Assembly: GCA_000004985.1 (NCBI GenBank)
Contig: GG738869.1
Length of the DNA: 64,000 nt
Strand: one strand, 5' to 3'
DNA from: Naegleria gruberi
Lineage: Eukaryota
Shown: positions 11,677 to 22,054 of the stretch, one piece after another
Layout of the letters: every line of letters starts with the position of its first letter
How positions within the stretch are numbered: position 1 is the stretch's first letter
Notes under the pieces: generated by a model
Database searches by the model: none
What the model was told of the DNA's origin: nothing
The model's input: the letters and a program-made list of their open reading frames with translations, nothing else
Translations under genes and position numbers: made by a program

Positions 11677-12629
11677 TTACATAATTTGTTGATAGCTTCT
11701 CCTTTTCCACTTGGAAAAGAAAACACAGCATGAAATAATAGAGCTCACTAAAACGCCAATGACCCAAACATAAACCAAAATAGAAGTGATGAATGCAGCA
11801 TCTACAGAGCTACTTGTACCTGGAAAACAATGTTGCAATTTGTATAAATCATTCTCACAATTAGTTGTTAATGAATAGATGGAACCATCAATTTTGATAG
11901 TAGGTATGGTCACATTTCCATTATTTGCTGCCGATTCACTGCTTCCTCTATTTAATACACTGCTCAGTACAGAAATTGAGCTCTTGACATAATCTCCAAT
12001 TGAATATTCCGTTTGTGATCCACACAAATACTCTGGTGCTTCATCTTCTGGAAAAACTGGTGTTCCATCATTGAATAAGGCCTTTTCACTTTGACAAGCT
12101 TTAACAACCTCAAAACAAAAATTGTCACATAACATGACACGTCCCTTTTCAGCATTAAATAAATATGAAGATGGTGAACAAATGGAGCACTTGATTCTCC
12201 TCATTTGTGCAAAACAATTAGGATAATTATTTTGATTTAATCTTTCCGATAAATAATTTTTCAATCCCAAATCAATTTGATTCGTACAACAACTCAATCC
12301 ATCATGACAATAACAATCCTGACACTATATTGTTTAACATTATTCCAATTAATTATAATATCCCAATTTTTAATCCAATTGTTATTGAACAATTTCATAA
12401 ATATCAATTAATGATAAATTTCTATTCTTACCTGCACTGGTTGACTATTAGGTACAAACGGACAAACAATAGTTTGATTATCGGAGGCTGGAATATATTG
12501 TCCAAATATTATTTGACTATTAAATTGTAAAATGATGAAAATAATCAAAATGATAACGGAGAGAATTGATGATCGATTTTTCTTCATTTTGTCCAAAACT
12601 TGTGATGACCGACAAGTATGTGATGGCAT
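11677..12629 (-). CDS. Cys-rich secreted or type-I membrane protein (signal peptide, C-terminal TM helix); 2 exons
   Basis: Exon 1 is 12629..12432, with a signal peptide MKKNRSSILSVIILIIFIIL. Intron 12431..12325 (gtaaga...atatag). Exon 2 is 12324..11677 (CQDCYCHDGLSCCTNQ... then a C-terminal hydrophobic ILVYVWVIGVLVSSIISCCVFF). The start context is aaaaaaaATG at 12629. Confidence 0.5.
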
Positions 12630-12700
12630 TTTTTTTAATTTTAAATTAATAGAAAATTGTAAAATGTTTAAATTTTAAAATATATTAATATTGTTTCCAT

Positions 12701-14430
12701 CTATTTAGTCTTGGTTAATGTAAATTGATCGACGAGGTCACCCTTGTCATTGAAAAATTGCCAATTTACAGTAACTTGTCTTCTATTAATCTTGTCTCTT
12801 TTCACTTTCAAAACTCCAAAACCTTCTTCCTTATTGTAGGACATGAAACTCCATGGAATACCACGATTGAAATCATGATCTTTGTCCAATCCACCTAAAC
12901 AGCCACCAGCTCCTGAAATAAGATACAATGGATCAGATAGGTCAGTATAATTGGTTGGATTCTTAGTTTCAATTGTTCCATTATAAATTGGATATTGTCT
13001 TTCATAGACATGAGCATGACCACATACCATCATGTCTACCTTATTGGCTTTCCAATCTTGCTCAAATACATCCTTCAAATGCTTGGCACTACCAACCACA
13101 TTACCATTGGCATCAGAGAATTCCTTTTCTGTACAATACAATGGTCTATGTCCAACAGTGAGCATGAGTGGAGTTTCATCTCTATTGACAGTTTGTAAGG
13201 CATTTCTCACATAGCCAACGTGATCACCCTTGAAAACTGGATCATATGGGCAATTTGGATAGTTGGTTTCAGAATCGAATGCTACCCAACGAATTGGACC
13301 AAAGTCAAAGTGATACCTATTATTATTAAATTGAGAATAATGACATTATTCGTATTGACTCTGTCTATGAATACTTACCACATATTATGACCATAGTCAG
13401 TATTATTTCTCAATGGCATGTAGAATTTGTGATTGTAGGCAGTAAAATTGAATTCATATTCGTGTCTATAAGAATTATAAAATTATTCGAATAAATATTA
13501 CCTCAATAAAAAAGCTTACCTTTCTGGACCCATTCTTGGAGCATGTTCATGATTACCAACAGTTACCATGTATGGTACACTTGGATGAACTCCTTCCCAA
13601 TGTTCAAAGAATTTGTTCCAAACATATTGATACATAATGCCAGGATAACTATCAGCATAAGAAATGTCTCCAACATGATAAATGAAAAAGTTGCCATCAT
13701 TGGCATGTTTCTTTGAGAGCTCTGTAATTCTGTCAATATTTTCATAACAAAAGAATACTCCCATATCTCCAAACATGACAACAGTGACTTCATCTGGATC
13801 AGCACTTCTTGTTGTAAATGAATGAACCTCAGAGGAAACTGAAAGTTGTGGAGCTCCATTTACAACACTTCCAAAACCTGCCTTATAATAAAAAGTAGTA
13901 TCAAATGTTAAATTAGTCAACAAGACAGCATGATCAAATCCAGTAACACTAGAATCTCCATAGGTTGATGTTTGAGCACCAACTCCAAACCATTGTGGAG
14001 CAGAATTCAATTCTTGTGCAGATCTTCCAATTAACACCATAGGCTTCCCAATCTTTTCATCATATCCATAAGTATGCCATTGCACAACCATTTCATTAGC
14101 ATTCATCGTATAAGACAAGTGCACAAACTTGACACCATAATCCGAAGAAGATCCTCTAACAGTCTTGAATTCTCTAAATAAATCATAATGGCTAGCCATT
14201 TTCCTAGTATATATATTATTATTATTACTCTTTGTTTGACTAGTTTTATAAGTATTTTGAATATTCAATCCTCTGATCGGAACAGCCATTGAAAAATCCT
14301 GAACCAACAAGATGCCAATCATCATCACAATCATCAAGGAAAAAACGGCCAAATTCCTCTTCCTTGTTGTTGATGGTGGTACAGCGTAGAGTTTCATCAT
14401 CATTTTTTTACGGTAATGAAAATAGTGCAC
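12701..14430 (-). CDS. purple acid phosphatase (metallophosphoesterase) with signal peptide; 3 exons, about 537 aa
   Basis: Exons are 14430..13520, 13465..13379 and 13316..12701. The introns run gtaagc..ttatag and gtaagt..ataatag, with phases consistent. All PAP metal-ligand motifs are present: GDMG, GDISYAD, GNHE, plus spliced ...MWYHFDFGPIRWVAFDSE... and GHAHVYER. Confidence 0.8.
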
Positions 14431-14695
14431 TTGATGGCTTTATTTGGTGATTTGATCTTTCATCAGTTTAGTTATCAATCAAAGAGTAACCAAGAACCTA
14501 AGCTAGATCGTGTGAGAAGGACTATAGTTCACAATAGGTGGGAAGATATTTTGTGAGGTCAGTACTTTGTGTGGGTACTGACTTGCTTAATATTGTTAAT
14601 TTGCAATATTTGTTGTAAACTATTTTATACCTTATTATTGTAAAATATCAAATACCCTTTGAAATTGAAATCTTTAAAATTTAGAGAAAAAAAAA

Positions 14696-16219
14696 ATGGC
14701 TGAATTTTCAATCATAAAATCTTCAAGACATGAAGAAAATTTCAATTCTGTTGATGTTCGGAATGGTTTCTCATCAAATCAACAACAACTTGAATGGGAA
14801 AATGTTGATAAGGTTTATCTACCACCTGAAATTCTACTCGAAATATTGCAGTTTATGGATTTTGATGCAATTGTCATGACTTCGGCAACGTGTAGGGGCT
14901 TTTATGAAGTTTCTCACGATGATGAATTGTGGAGAAAATTATTGAGTGCTGATTGGAAGTTATTGAAGGATGACGCAGCAGCAGCATTGAATAATCATCA
15001 GAATACAAATCAAAATGGTGGTAGCCTTCTGTCATCTCCAGTGGCGAACAATACAAATTCTAGTCGGGATGAGGCTGCCTCTTCTTCATCATCACCAAAT
15101 TCTTATGAATTGTTGGATCAAAATAATTCGGGTGATCTCTATGAAAAATACAAGGAACGATATTTGAGATACAAAAAGTGGAGAGATAGTATTGCTTTTA
15201 TATATTCCGAGGAGAGAAATCAATATATTAATAATGTGGAAACTCAGACAAGTGGAAAGTTTGTTGGTTATCTTAAATATTTCCTGTCCTTTCCTATACT
15301 GTTTTATAGATTATTGATCTTTTTATTTATTTCTCAGGATGAGCAACCTGATTTTGGTCTAGCTCATGAAATTGAATACATTCAAGAGAAATCATTGAGA
15401 GCTGGAGGATCCCTTCTTCTCTTAATTATATTTGCTCCAATGTTGTTCTGCACTTGGATGATTGGCGAATTACCTGCCACTCCTTTCTACGCTACTTTGC
15501 ATGTATTTTTCAAAATGGTATTCACCATTCTGTGCATTGCAGCTCATTTCTATAATCGAATGGATAGGAATATTGAATTTTACAAAGAGGCTAATAGTGT
15601 TTCTTTAGTGATTATTTTACAAACAATACTTACACTCATATTAATGAGATATGTGGATGATTTCATTATTTGCTGCCTTATTTCTTTCAACATGTCAACG
15701 GCTCTCGGATTGGCCATTTCTTTAAAGCACATGATTAAGAATACTGAAAGTATTGAGGGATTATTTGAATCCTCTAATACACCCGCTCAACACTACCTTT
15801 CCCCATTATTTGAAATTTTCAGAAATAGATCAGTTGTAACGAATTTGATTTTATCCAACTTGATGATTCTGGTTATAATGATTGGGGGATTCAAAACATT
15901 CGTTTGGATACTCATCTTTATTGCAATTGCCATAGTAACTGGAACCTCTGGAGGCTCTGGTGGCGTTGATTCCCTCGATCGTAGAATGCTCATCTTTGTT
16001 CTTGTGATCTTTGCTTGCATTTCCATTTCTGCATTAGCTACAAGTATAATCGGCGGAAATTATAAGAGAAAGAGTAAGGCGAGAAATACTAGTGCAGTGC
16101 TCTTGTTAGTGATTCTCACCATGTCATTCATTACACTTGCTATGAGAGTTATTTCCATAAAAAGTGGTGAAACTGAACGATGGCAGCTATCATTATTCGA
16201 TATTACTGATGAAGAATAA
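14696..16219 (+). CDS. F-box protein with C-terminal multi-pass transmembrane region
   Basis: 507-aa ORF with aaaaaaaaaATG. The F-box is LPPEILLEILQFMDFDAIVMTSATCRGF...LWRKLL. The C-terminal 300 aa has at least 6 hydrophobic helices. Confidence 0.5.
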   Translation: MAEFSIIKSSRHEENFNSVDVRNGFSSNQQQLEWENVDKVYLPPEILLEILQFMDFDAIVMTSATCRGFYEVSHDDELWRKLLSADWKLLKDDAAAALNNHQNTNQNGGSLLSSPVANNTNSSRDEAASSSSSPNSYELLDQNNSGDLYEKYKERYLRYKKWRDSIAFIYSEERNQYINNVETQTSGKFVGYLKYFLSFPILFYRLLIFLFISQDEQPDFGLAHEIEYIQEKSLRAGGSLLLLIIFAPMLFCTWMIGELPATPFYATLHVFFKMVFTILCIAAHFYNRMDRNIEFYKEANSVSLVIILQTILTLILMRYVDDFIICCLISFNMSTALGLAISLKHMIKNTESIEGLFESSNTPAQHYLSPLFEIFRNRSVVTNLILSNLMILVIMIGGFKTFVWILIFIAIAIVTGTSGGSGGVDSLDRRMLIFVLVIFACISISALATSIIGGNYKRKSKARNTSAVLLLVILTMSFITLAMRVISIKSGETERWQLSLFDITDEE

Positions 16220-17082
16220 ATTATTCTGTTGTTAAAAGTATTGTACTGATAATATTGTTGAGTTGATTTATTGAGCAATTCAATTTTCTTCTGAGCATCT
16301 GCATGACCACATCTAGCTGCTTTCCAATACCATTCTCTGGCTTGTTCTTCATCCTTCTCCACTCCCTTTCCAAACTCATAAAACAAACCAACTGTAAATT
16401 GAGCTTCTGGATCTCCCTGTTCAGCTGCCATCTCATACCATTCCAAAGCTTCCGAATAATTCTGTTCTCTCCCCAATCCAGTTTCAAACATGTATCCAAT
16501 ATTGAATAAGGCATTCGTATTATTATTCTGATCGACTGATTTTAGTAACCATTCCACCGCCTTGGAGTAATCCTTCTCAAATCCATTCTCACCAGTACAA
16601 TGTAATTATCTAATGCAATTTTGAACCTCTGAATCACATTGATCAGTGCAATTGGCGAATAATTCTTCCAATTCTTCATGTGTTAATTTCCTCTCCTCAT
16701 CAGCATCTTTATGATTTTGTTGAGATTGGGGTCTATCTGGAACATGAACAGGAAACCAAGTATTTGCCTTTGGTGTTTGAACTTGTGGCTGCTCCTCTGT
16801 TTGAAAGGCAAGATATTGCTCGGAGGAGTGGGTACGGTGTTGTTCAATTGTGGTGAATTGAGAGAATGAAGAGGAAGCTGCTATGGGTGGTGTTTGAGAG
16901 TGGATCTGAGAATCATGATATTCAGATTGATTAATGTAATATTCTTGTGCAGCTTGTTGTGGCGCCTCCACAAGTGTCTGCTCAAACTTTAGTGCCTTAG
17001 TAATAGAGTTGGGAGAGTCAATAATCTCGGGAAATTCTTCTTCATATTTTCGTTTCATTTTTTCAATATGTTGACGATTCAA
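16060..17082 (-). CDS. Sel1-repeat protein; the N-terminal region (16606..17082) and the Sel1 repeats (16060..16557) are in the same frame but separated by an in-frame TAA
   Basis: The Sel1 repeats are ...ALFNIGYMFETGLG...AEQGDPEAQFTVGLFYEFGKGVEKDEEQAREWYWKAARCGHADAQ. The upstream ORF has an oligo(A)-ATG start at 17082. A TAA at 16606..16608 interrupts the frame and no plausible intron removes it, so this is either a pseudogene, a sequence error or two separate genes. Confidence 0.4.
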
Positions 17083-17181
17083 AATGGGAATATTTTTACA
17101 TACTATTAAAGACTTTTAAATAATTATAACTTTAATATTAAATAACACATTAAATATTGTTGTAAATTATTTAAAAAAAAA

Positions 17182-18321
17182 ATGTCATCATCAGAGAGAG
17201 AATCCACCATCGATTTGCAAAAAATCGCACAAGAATGCCACTCACTCTATGCCTTCGGATTGGTCGTTTTAAATACCAAAGATACAGAGGATAAGGTTGA
17301 TATTTCATTTATGGCTGAAAAATTATTTCGTGAAGGGAAAATCACAGCACGAGGCTTCAATGATTTTTCATCGTCGCTTCAATTCATGATGGAAAATAGA
17401 CCACCACAAACACCGCAACGACCAGATAATGTTACAATTGTTTTGGATAGGAAACAACTTCATAAGAGAGGTGGTGGAACTGTGGAAAATAGAGCAGCTT
17501 TGGTTCAGTAGGTTTTTAAAAGGAAATTATAATTGGAATATTGGTGGAAATTATTTTAAAAAATTGGAATTGATTGGAATAATTGCGAAAATATTGAAAT
17601 AATTGCTGGAAATTGAATATATTGAATTAGCTCAATTTGTCATATGGAAAGTTATGCAATTGATTTATCCTGGGATATTTTGGTGAGATTTGCCATTTTG
17701 GAGTATTTACCTGATGAATTTCTAGTGGATTGGTTTGAAGTAGCAATTGATGAATGTAGACATTTCAGAATGTTGAATAAGAGATTGGCAGAGTTGGATA
17801 GCAAATATTACTATGGAGCTTTTCCAACTCATGGAGGTTTGTGGGAATCCTCAATTCAAACTGAACATGATGTCATGTTGAGATTGTGCATTCTGCATAT
17901 GGTTCATGAAGCCAGAGGATTGGATAGAACTCCAACAAATATTAAACGTTTGAAAGATGCCAAAGACAATGTATCTGCTGATGTACTAACCATAATATTG
18001 GAAGAGGAGATTAGTCATGTTGAAAAGGGTGTAAAATGGTTCAAATTCTGTTGTACTCATTTAGTGAATGAGGAAAGAAAGCAAAAAGGATTGGAATGCT
18101 TGACAGATATTGATGAAGATCTAATTATTGAGTATTTCCACAAGATGGTTAAGCAAAATACCAGTTCTGGCGTTTTGAGACCACCATTCAATGTTGAGGC
18201 TCGTCATAAGGCTGGTTTCACTGCCAAGTGGTACGAACCACTGGCAAACTCTGAGCCAATGAAACCAAAACACCATCAACAGACAACAATAGAGGAAGAA
18301 GAGGAAGAAATTATTAAATGA
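17182..18321 (+). CDS. ferritin-like (DUF455-like) protein; probable 2 exons
   Basis: Exon 1 is 17182..17507 (donor gtaggt). Exon 2 begins at 17652 or 17631; both are in frame. It runs to 18321. The ExxH pairs (DECRHF, HEARG, EEEISHV) are typical of ferritin-like di-iron folds. The start context is aaaaaaaaaATG. Confidence 0.4.
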
Positions 18322-18367
18322 ATAATGTTATTAAATTACTTCTTTATTCCTTTATTCCTTTCTTCTA

Positions 18368-19588
18368 TTAAAATTGTGTTTTAAAGAATCCAGGAATGTC
18401 ATTTGTGTGATATTGAATTCCTTCTATTTTTTCAAATGCATCACGGTAGTTGCTTGTAAAGTGTATTTGATTAGGCATCGCTAAATACTTGCTTGACGAT
18501 GGAGCATCATCATCCAAACCCTCTACCTGTTCAAATATCTTAACAGAGAATGAAGAACTAGCCATCAAATCTGGTTTTTTAGACTTGGATTGAAATCTAA
18601 CTGAAACGAAATACTTTGCCTTAATGGTTCCAAAGAGCCTATCTTCACTAAAGTTAGCCTTTGATGTTTTACAGGATGGGCAAATAACAACTAAAAGATC
18701 TGTTATCTTTTCAAAAAGTTGAGGAATATAGCCAAACTCGACTGTTGGTGCAGTAATAATGGCACTCTTGGCATTTGGTATTTTTGATACTCTACAAAAA
18801 GATAATGTGCTGAAATGTTCAAGAGAGTTGAATGAGCCAAAGGTATTTCTTGAACGCGCATTTCTGGAAGAAAAGTGTTGAATTGATTTGATCTTGTCTT
18901 TCAATTCCTCTGTTAATGAATTTTTTTCCAAAGAAATGTCATCCCTCACAACCAGATGTGATAGTTTGCTTCCTTTTTTCAATAAATGATCAGCAATAGT
19001 AATTCTATCACTATCAAGTACTATTTCTAAACCATATAATCGAGTAAATATAGGCATTGCTTTGACATTGAATTTGTAATTTGGTTGTGCAATACCTAGA
19101 ATGAAATTTGAATTCAAAAGAGCTTGTCTAATTTTTGTTGTCATTCCAAATAATTTGATAACAAATGGAGCCTCCACAACTTGTCTTGCAAAACAAAAAT
19201 CGAAAATTAAAGTCAAACAATCAGATCCCAAGTCATAAAAGCCAGATGATTGAAAACCCTCCTTTGTCTTTTCATATCTATTGACAGTAGAATATTGTAC
19301 CAGTGTTTGTGGATGAGATTTTAAAATCTTGAGAGCTTGTTGTCTTTCCTCCTCCAATTTTAAAATCTGTTGATCCAATTCGTGGAATCTCTTGACGGTA
19401 GCATCAATATTAATTGTTGACCAATCATATTCTTCGGATTGAATTTGTTTTCTTCTTCTTCTTCTTGGAACTTGATTTAGTTTCTACCAATTCTTCTTCA
19501 CCAATAACATCTTCCGAGTAGTCATCATCGGAATCAGTATCATCTTTCTTTCTCTTCTTTGTAGATTGCTTTTTCTTTGGAGGCATTT
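18368..19588 (-). CDS. hypothetical protein with K-rich N-terminus (MPPKKKQSTKKRKK...)
   Basis: The ORF is 19378..18368. A strong oligo(A)-ATG start sits at 19588. It is in a different frame, and the frames change inside an (AAG)n tract near 19441..19470, so there is either a 1-nt indel or a real frameshift. Confidence 0.35.
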
Positions 19589-19808
19589 TTTTTAGGCTTT
19601 GAAATCAAGAGTATTAAATATCCATCAACCAATGGAACGTTTAATTCAAGAAAGCCAAAGAAATTAATTCCATCAAATCCTTGCTTATATTTAGACAATT
19701 TGAACAGGTAAACAAATTGATGATGAATAATGATGTGATAGTATTGATGATGAATTATATAATTTTATAAATAATAATAAAAAAATAATATTACATCTAA
19801 AACAACAA

Positions 19809-20894
19809 ATGAACAACAACAATAATAGCAGGACAAGAGAAAGAGATCAAAAGACAGAAGGAGGAGGAGGATTTTGTCAGAAATGTTTCACGGAAGGCCA
19901 CTGGACATATCAATGTAAAGGAGAGAAAGCTCCATCAACAACCTACACCAAACGATTGTCCCACACTGAAAAGTTGGAAATGATGAGGAAGGGAATACCA
20001 ATTAATGAACAATTTGATTTACCTCCAGAGAGTAAAAAACCAGCAGAAATTAATGATGAAGATGCCATTTGGACTTGTAGTGATAGTGATAGTTATTTAA
20101 ATCCTGATTATTCGAGTAGTAGTGGAGATTCGAGTTATTCCTCATCATCGAGTGATGGTGGTGGTGCTTCAATGAGCAAACGTTTGAAAAAGTTAAAGAA
20201 GAAGAGAAAGACGACAAATTCTTCATCATCATCGGATTCAGCATCATCATCAGATTCGGAACAAGAACTAGTGAAGGAAACCAAGGTAGAGAATACTGTA
20301 TTGGATGAATATAAAAGAAGATTAAAGGAAGAAATTGAAAAACATGAAGGAAAATCATTAGAAACAATACAAAAAAAGGAAGAATCTGCTAAGCCATCAT
20401 CATCGTCATCATCAAGTGTAAATCGACAAGAGAGTAGCTCATCTACAAATAAGAGTAAATTGGAAAATGCACCAAAGGGAGGAGTATTAATGGCAGCTGA
20501 AAAGTTTTCAGAAGCCAAGAGAAATAATTCCAATAATGATAGAAGAGGTGGAGCTTTTGATAATAGTAGGAGAAGAGATTTTGATAGAGGTGACAGAAGG
20601 GATAATAGAACTGATAAGTATGATAGAGGTGACAGAAGGGATGATAGAAGATTGAACGATTCTAGAAGATCACCATCTTATGAACCAAGAAGTGATTCAA
20701 GAAGATCACCATCATCTTATGACAGAAGTGATAGAGGAGATAGCTATTATGGAAGAAAAAGAGATTTTGATGAATATAGAGGCAAGAAAAGTGGAGAAAA
20801 TGACAAACAGCCAGAAGGAAAATCACAAGGAGCACCTCCTCCAAGATCTTTGCATTCTGGTAACAAGTATGGACGTGTTGGAGATAAAAAATAG
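19809..20894 (+). CDS. CCHC zinc-knuckle protein with Ser-rich and RD/RS dipeptide-repeat regions (SR-related splicing-factor-like)
   Basis: The CCHC knuckle is CQKCFTEGHWTYQC. It has long S tracts and an RRDFDRGDRRDNRTDKYDRGDRRDDRR repeat. Single ORF. Confidence 0.55.
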   Translation: MNNNNNSRTRERDQKTEGGGGFCQKCFTEGHWTYQCKGEKAPSTTYTKRLSHTEKLEMMRKGIPINEQFDLPPESKKPAEINDEDAIWTCSDSDSYLNPDYSSSSGDSSYSSSSSDGGGASMSKRLKKLKKKRKTTNSSSSSDSASSSDSEQELVKETKVENTVLDEYKRRLKEEIEKHEGKSLETIQKKEESAKPSSSSSSSVNRQESSSSTNKSKLENAPKGGVLMAAEKFSEAKRNNSNNDRRGGAFDNSRRRDFDRGDRRDNRTDKYDRGDRRDDRRLNDSRRSPSYEPRSDSRRSPSSYDRSDRGDSYYGRKRDFDEYRGKKSGENDKQPEGKSQGAPPPRSLHSGNKYGRVGDKK

Positions 20895-21220
20895 GTGTGT
20901 TAATAATTTTGGAAGTTGTTTTATTAAATGATTGGATCAATCAAGAACAAAGTGGAATTATATCCTTGTAATTGTTTCCAATATTGACACAATTCATTTC
21001 CATTATTTAGATTCTTTCTTCTCATAACCATCATTGTAAGAGTAAACATCAAAAAAGACTTCAGTGTGTCAATTCAAATTTATTAAGGAAGAATGTGAGT
21101 TAAAGTACAATATGAAATATTCCAATGTGGAAACTTCCATCTTTAGAATATTTCCATATCAATTGGATTGCAAATAGTCCATCAAGAGATCCAACACTCT
21201 CCCCATACAAAACCAATAAA

Positions 21221-21781
21221 AAGATGATCAAATCCCTTCTAAAACTCAAACATCACTCACCATCTCGTTCCTTTTCCACTCATCTCAAGAGTGTACTCCT
21301 TGTGAGTGCCACCGATAAGGGAGGCGAAGGATTCACACACAGCACACAAGGCCATACAAGCAATACCTCTCGTGAGTTATCTTTCGAGGAGCAATATGCA
21401 GCAAAACATGATTATGAATTATTGAAAAAACTTGCTGATCTTTCACATGAACAATCGAAAAAGGTGGCATCGATCTTTGATAAGATTGACGAAAGTAATC
21501 GAATGAATGCAGATTTTCTCAATTTGCAGCAAAATATCAATCAAATGAAAGGGATTATTGATGACAGTTTGGCTAGTACTCGAGTTGCTAATGTTGATGT
21601 GAGCACACAACAGTCAATTCCTGAACAAACACCATGGAGAACAAGTCAACAACCTAAAACAATTGAAAATATTGAGAATGTGAGTGGAGCTACAATGGGA
21701 ACTGCCAATGATCAGAATGCTCCCCATCAAACCAAATTTATGGACAAGTCGTTTTATCCTGACTTGACAAATGAGCTTTAA
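21221..21781 (+). CDS. hypothetical protein
   Basis: The ORF is 21125..21781. An internal ATG at 21221 has the aaaaagATG context. No recognisable domain. Confidence 0.3.
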   Translation, partial: KMIKSLLKLKHHSPSRSFSTHLKSVLLVSATDKGGEGFTHSTQGHTSNTSRELSFEEQYAAKHDYELLKKLADLSHEQSKKVASIFDKIDESNRMNADFLNLQQNINQMKGIIDDSLASTRVANVDVSTQQSIPEQTPWRTSQQPKTIENIENVSGATMGTANDQNAPHQTKFMDKSFYPDLTNEL

Positions 21782-21878
21782 AAAGGGTTAAACCTTAATA
21801 AATTATTGTAAATAAACTTTTAAAGACAGAATTTTAGAAATTTTGTTGGTAAATAGAACAATTTCATTGTGAAGGGAA

Positions 21879-21951
21879 GGGGATGTAGCTCACATGGTAG
21901 AGCGCTTCTTTAGCATGGAAGAGGTACGGGGATCGATACCCCGCATCTCCA
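21879..21951 (+). tRNA. tRNA-Ala: tRNA-Ala (anticodon AGC)
   Basis: 73 nt, GGGGATGTAGCTCACATGGTAGAGCGC...TTAGCAT...GGGGATCGATACCCCGCATCTCCA. The 7-bp acceptor stem, D, anticodon and T arms fold by eye. The anticodon loop is cuTTAGCAu. Confidence 0.9.
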
Positions 21952-22054
21952 GCTTACTTTTTTAACCGCAGGCACTAATTTGACAAATATTAAACGTTCT
22001 TTCTCATCTTTTCATAATTTGATTTTTGCTTTCCTCTACACTTAATTTTATGCT

